From contig JBFMGU010000106.1 of NCBI GenBank assembly GCA_040752415.1, positions 1 to 35,036 on the forward strand: a DNA stretch of 35,036 nucleotides. The letters run 5' to 3'. Both the position numbers and the translations under genes were made by a program. The notes beneath the pieces were generated by a model that ran no database searches, had not been told where the DNA came from, and was given only the letters and a program-made list of their open reading frames with translations. Source of the stretch: Myxococcota bacterium (GTDB lineage: Bacteria; Myxococcota; JACRCW01). Shown here piece after piece: positions 34,334 to 35,036 of the stretch. Position 1 is the stretch's first letter. Every line of letters begins with the position of its first letter.

Positions 34334-34882
34334 TCAGGCGCGCCGGTTGTCGGCGGGGGGAGGGTTGGGGACGGGGATGAGCGGGCCGGCGTAGTGGATG
34401 TGGGGCCAGGTCCGCTCGTCGGTGTAGTGGAAGAACACGGCCATCAGGCGGATGGATGCGAACGCCTGCCGCTCCACTTCCAACGCGCTCTCCACCATCT
34501 GTGCCAGGCGCTGCTCCTGCTCCTCCGACGTCATCCTCGAAAAACGCGTGAACGTTCCGTGCGCCACGCCGCCGTGCTCCACCAGCAACAGCGCGGCCTT
34601 GAAGTCGTCGATCATCTTGCCCTGGTGGAATGCCAGCTCGCGGTCAATCCGCTGGGCCACCCTGGTGTCACGTACCGTGGGATGGCCGGGCTCGTCGGGG
34701 ATCAGGTGATTCACCAACGTGCACAGGATGGCGAACTCCTTGCCGCTCAGTGTCTGGGGCGTCAGTCCGGACGGGATCATGGCGTCGTAGTGGTCGCTGC
34801 AACCGCTCATCAGCAGGCTGGAGCCCGCGGCGAGAACGCTGCCCGTGACGGCGGAGACCTTCAGGAACCCACGACGGTCCAT
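34334..34882 (-). CDS. Tat-exported lipoprotein, gluconate 2-dehydrogenase subunit 3-like partner of the GMC enzyme
   Basis: MDRRGFLK twin-arginine motif, hydrophobic stretch, lipobox LMSG-C; RFSRMT.EEQ, FFHYTDERTWPHIHYAGP; 13 nt upstream of the GMC gene; alternative start 34924. Confidence 0.8.
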   Translation of the reverse strand: MDRRGFLKVSAVTGSVLAAGSSLLMSGCSDHYDAMIPSGLTPQTLSGKEFAILCTLVNHLIPDEPGHPTVRDTRVAQRIDRELAFHQGKMIDDFKAALLLVEHGGVAHGTFTRFSRMTSEEQEQRLAQMVESALEVERQAFASIRLMAVFFHYTDERTWPHIHYAGPLIPVPNPPPADNRRA

Positions 34883-35036
34883 GCCGTGTCCCGGTGCCCG
34901 AGGTGCATGGGGGAGGGGAGGCATGGATTTGCACGGTAGGGGTCCCACGGCGGCGGCGTCCAGCGGGGGCGCTCTGGCGTGGGCGTTGACCGATGTTGCC
35001 CGGATTTTCCTGCAGGGGCTGGCTGCCCCCGCACCC

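Overview
A high-GC window, most likely from a Myxococcota (myxobacterial) genome, judged from a CdnL-type CarD homologue and a DAG/DGG-rich lipoprotein tail. Left to right: cdnL; a thioredoxin-rhodanese fusion divergent from hrcA; a small Lys/Ala-rich histone-like protein; an orphan HisKA_3 sensor kinase; a HEXXH lipoprotein coupled to an outer-membrane beta-barrel gene; a 247-bp palindromic MITE-like element inserted at that gene's stop codon; and a 15.2-kb gene for a ~5,080-aa surface protein. That protein has a tip domain, 18 DUF11-type Ig repeats, SdrD-B-like domains, two OmpA-like domains and a ~980-aa C-terminal putative beta-barrel. After it come DUF1178, a lone kdd, a coiled-coil protein, a GldA/GldF/GldG-like ABC system plus a DUF4340 protein with an EF-hand-like insert, a hypothetical gene, and a four-gene minus-strand operon (Tat lipoprotein, GMC oxidoreductase, M48-like peptidase, hypothetical). 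The best candidates for new biology are the giant protein, including an ordered loss of its isopeptide triads, and the palindromic element. All family calls come from motif recognition by eye; no database searches were run.
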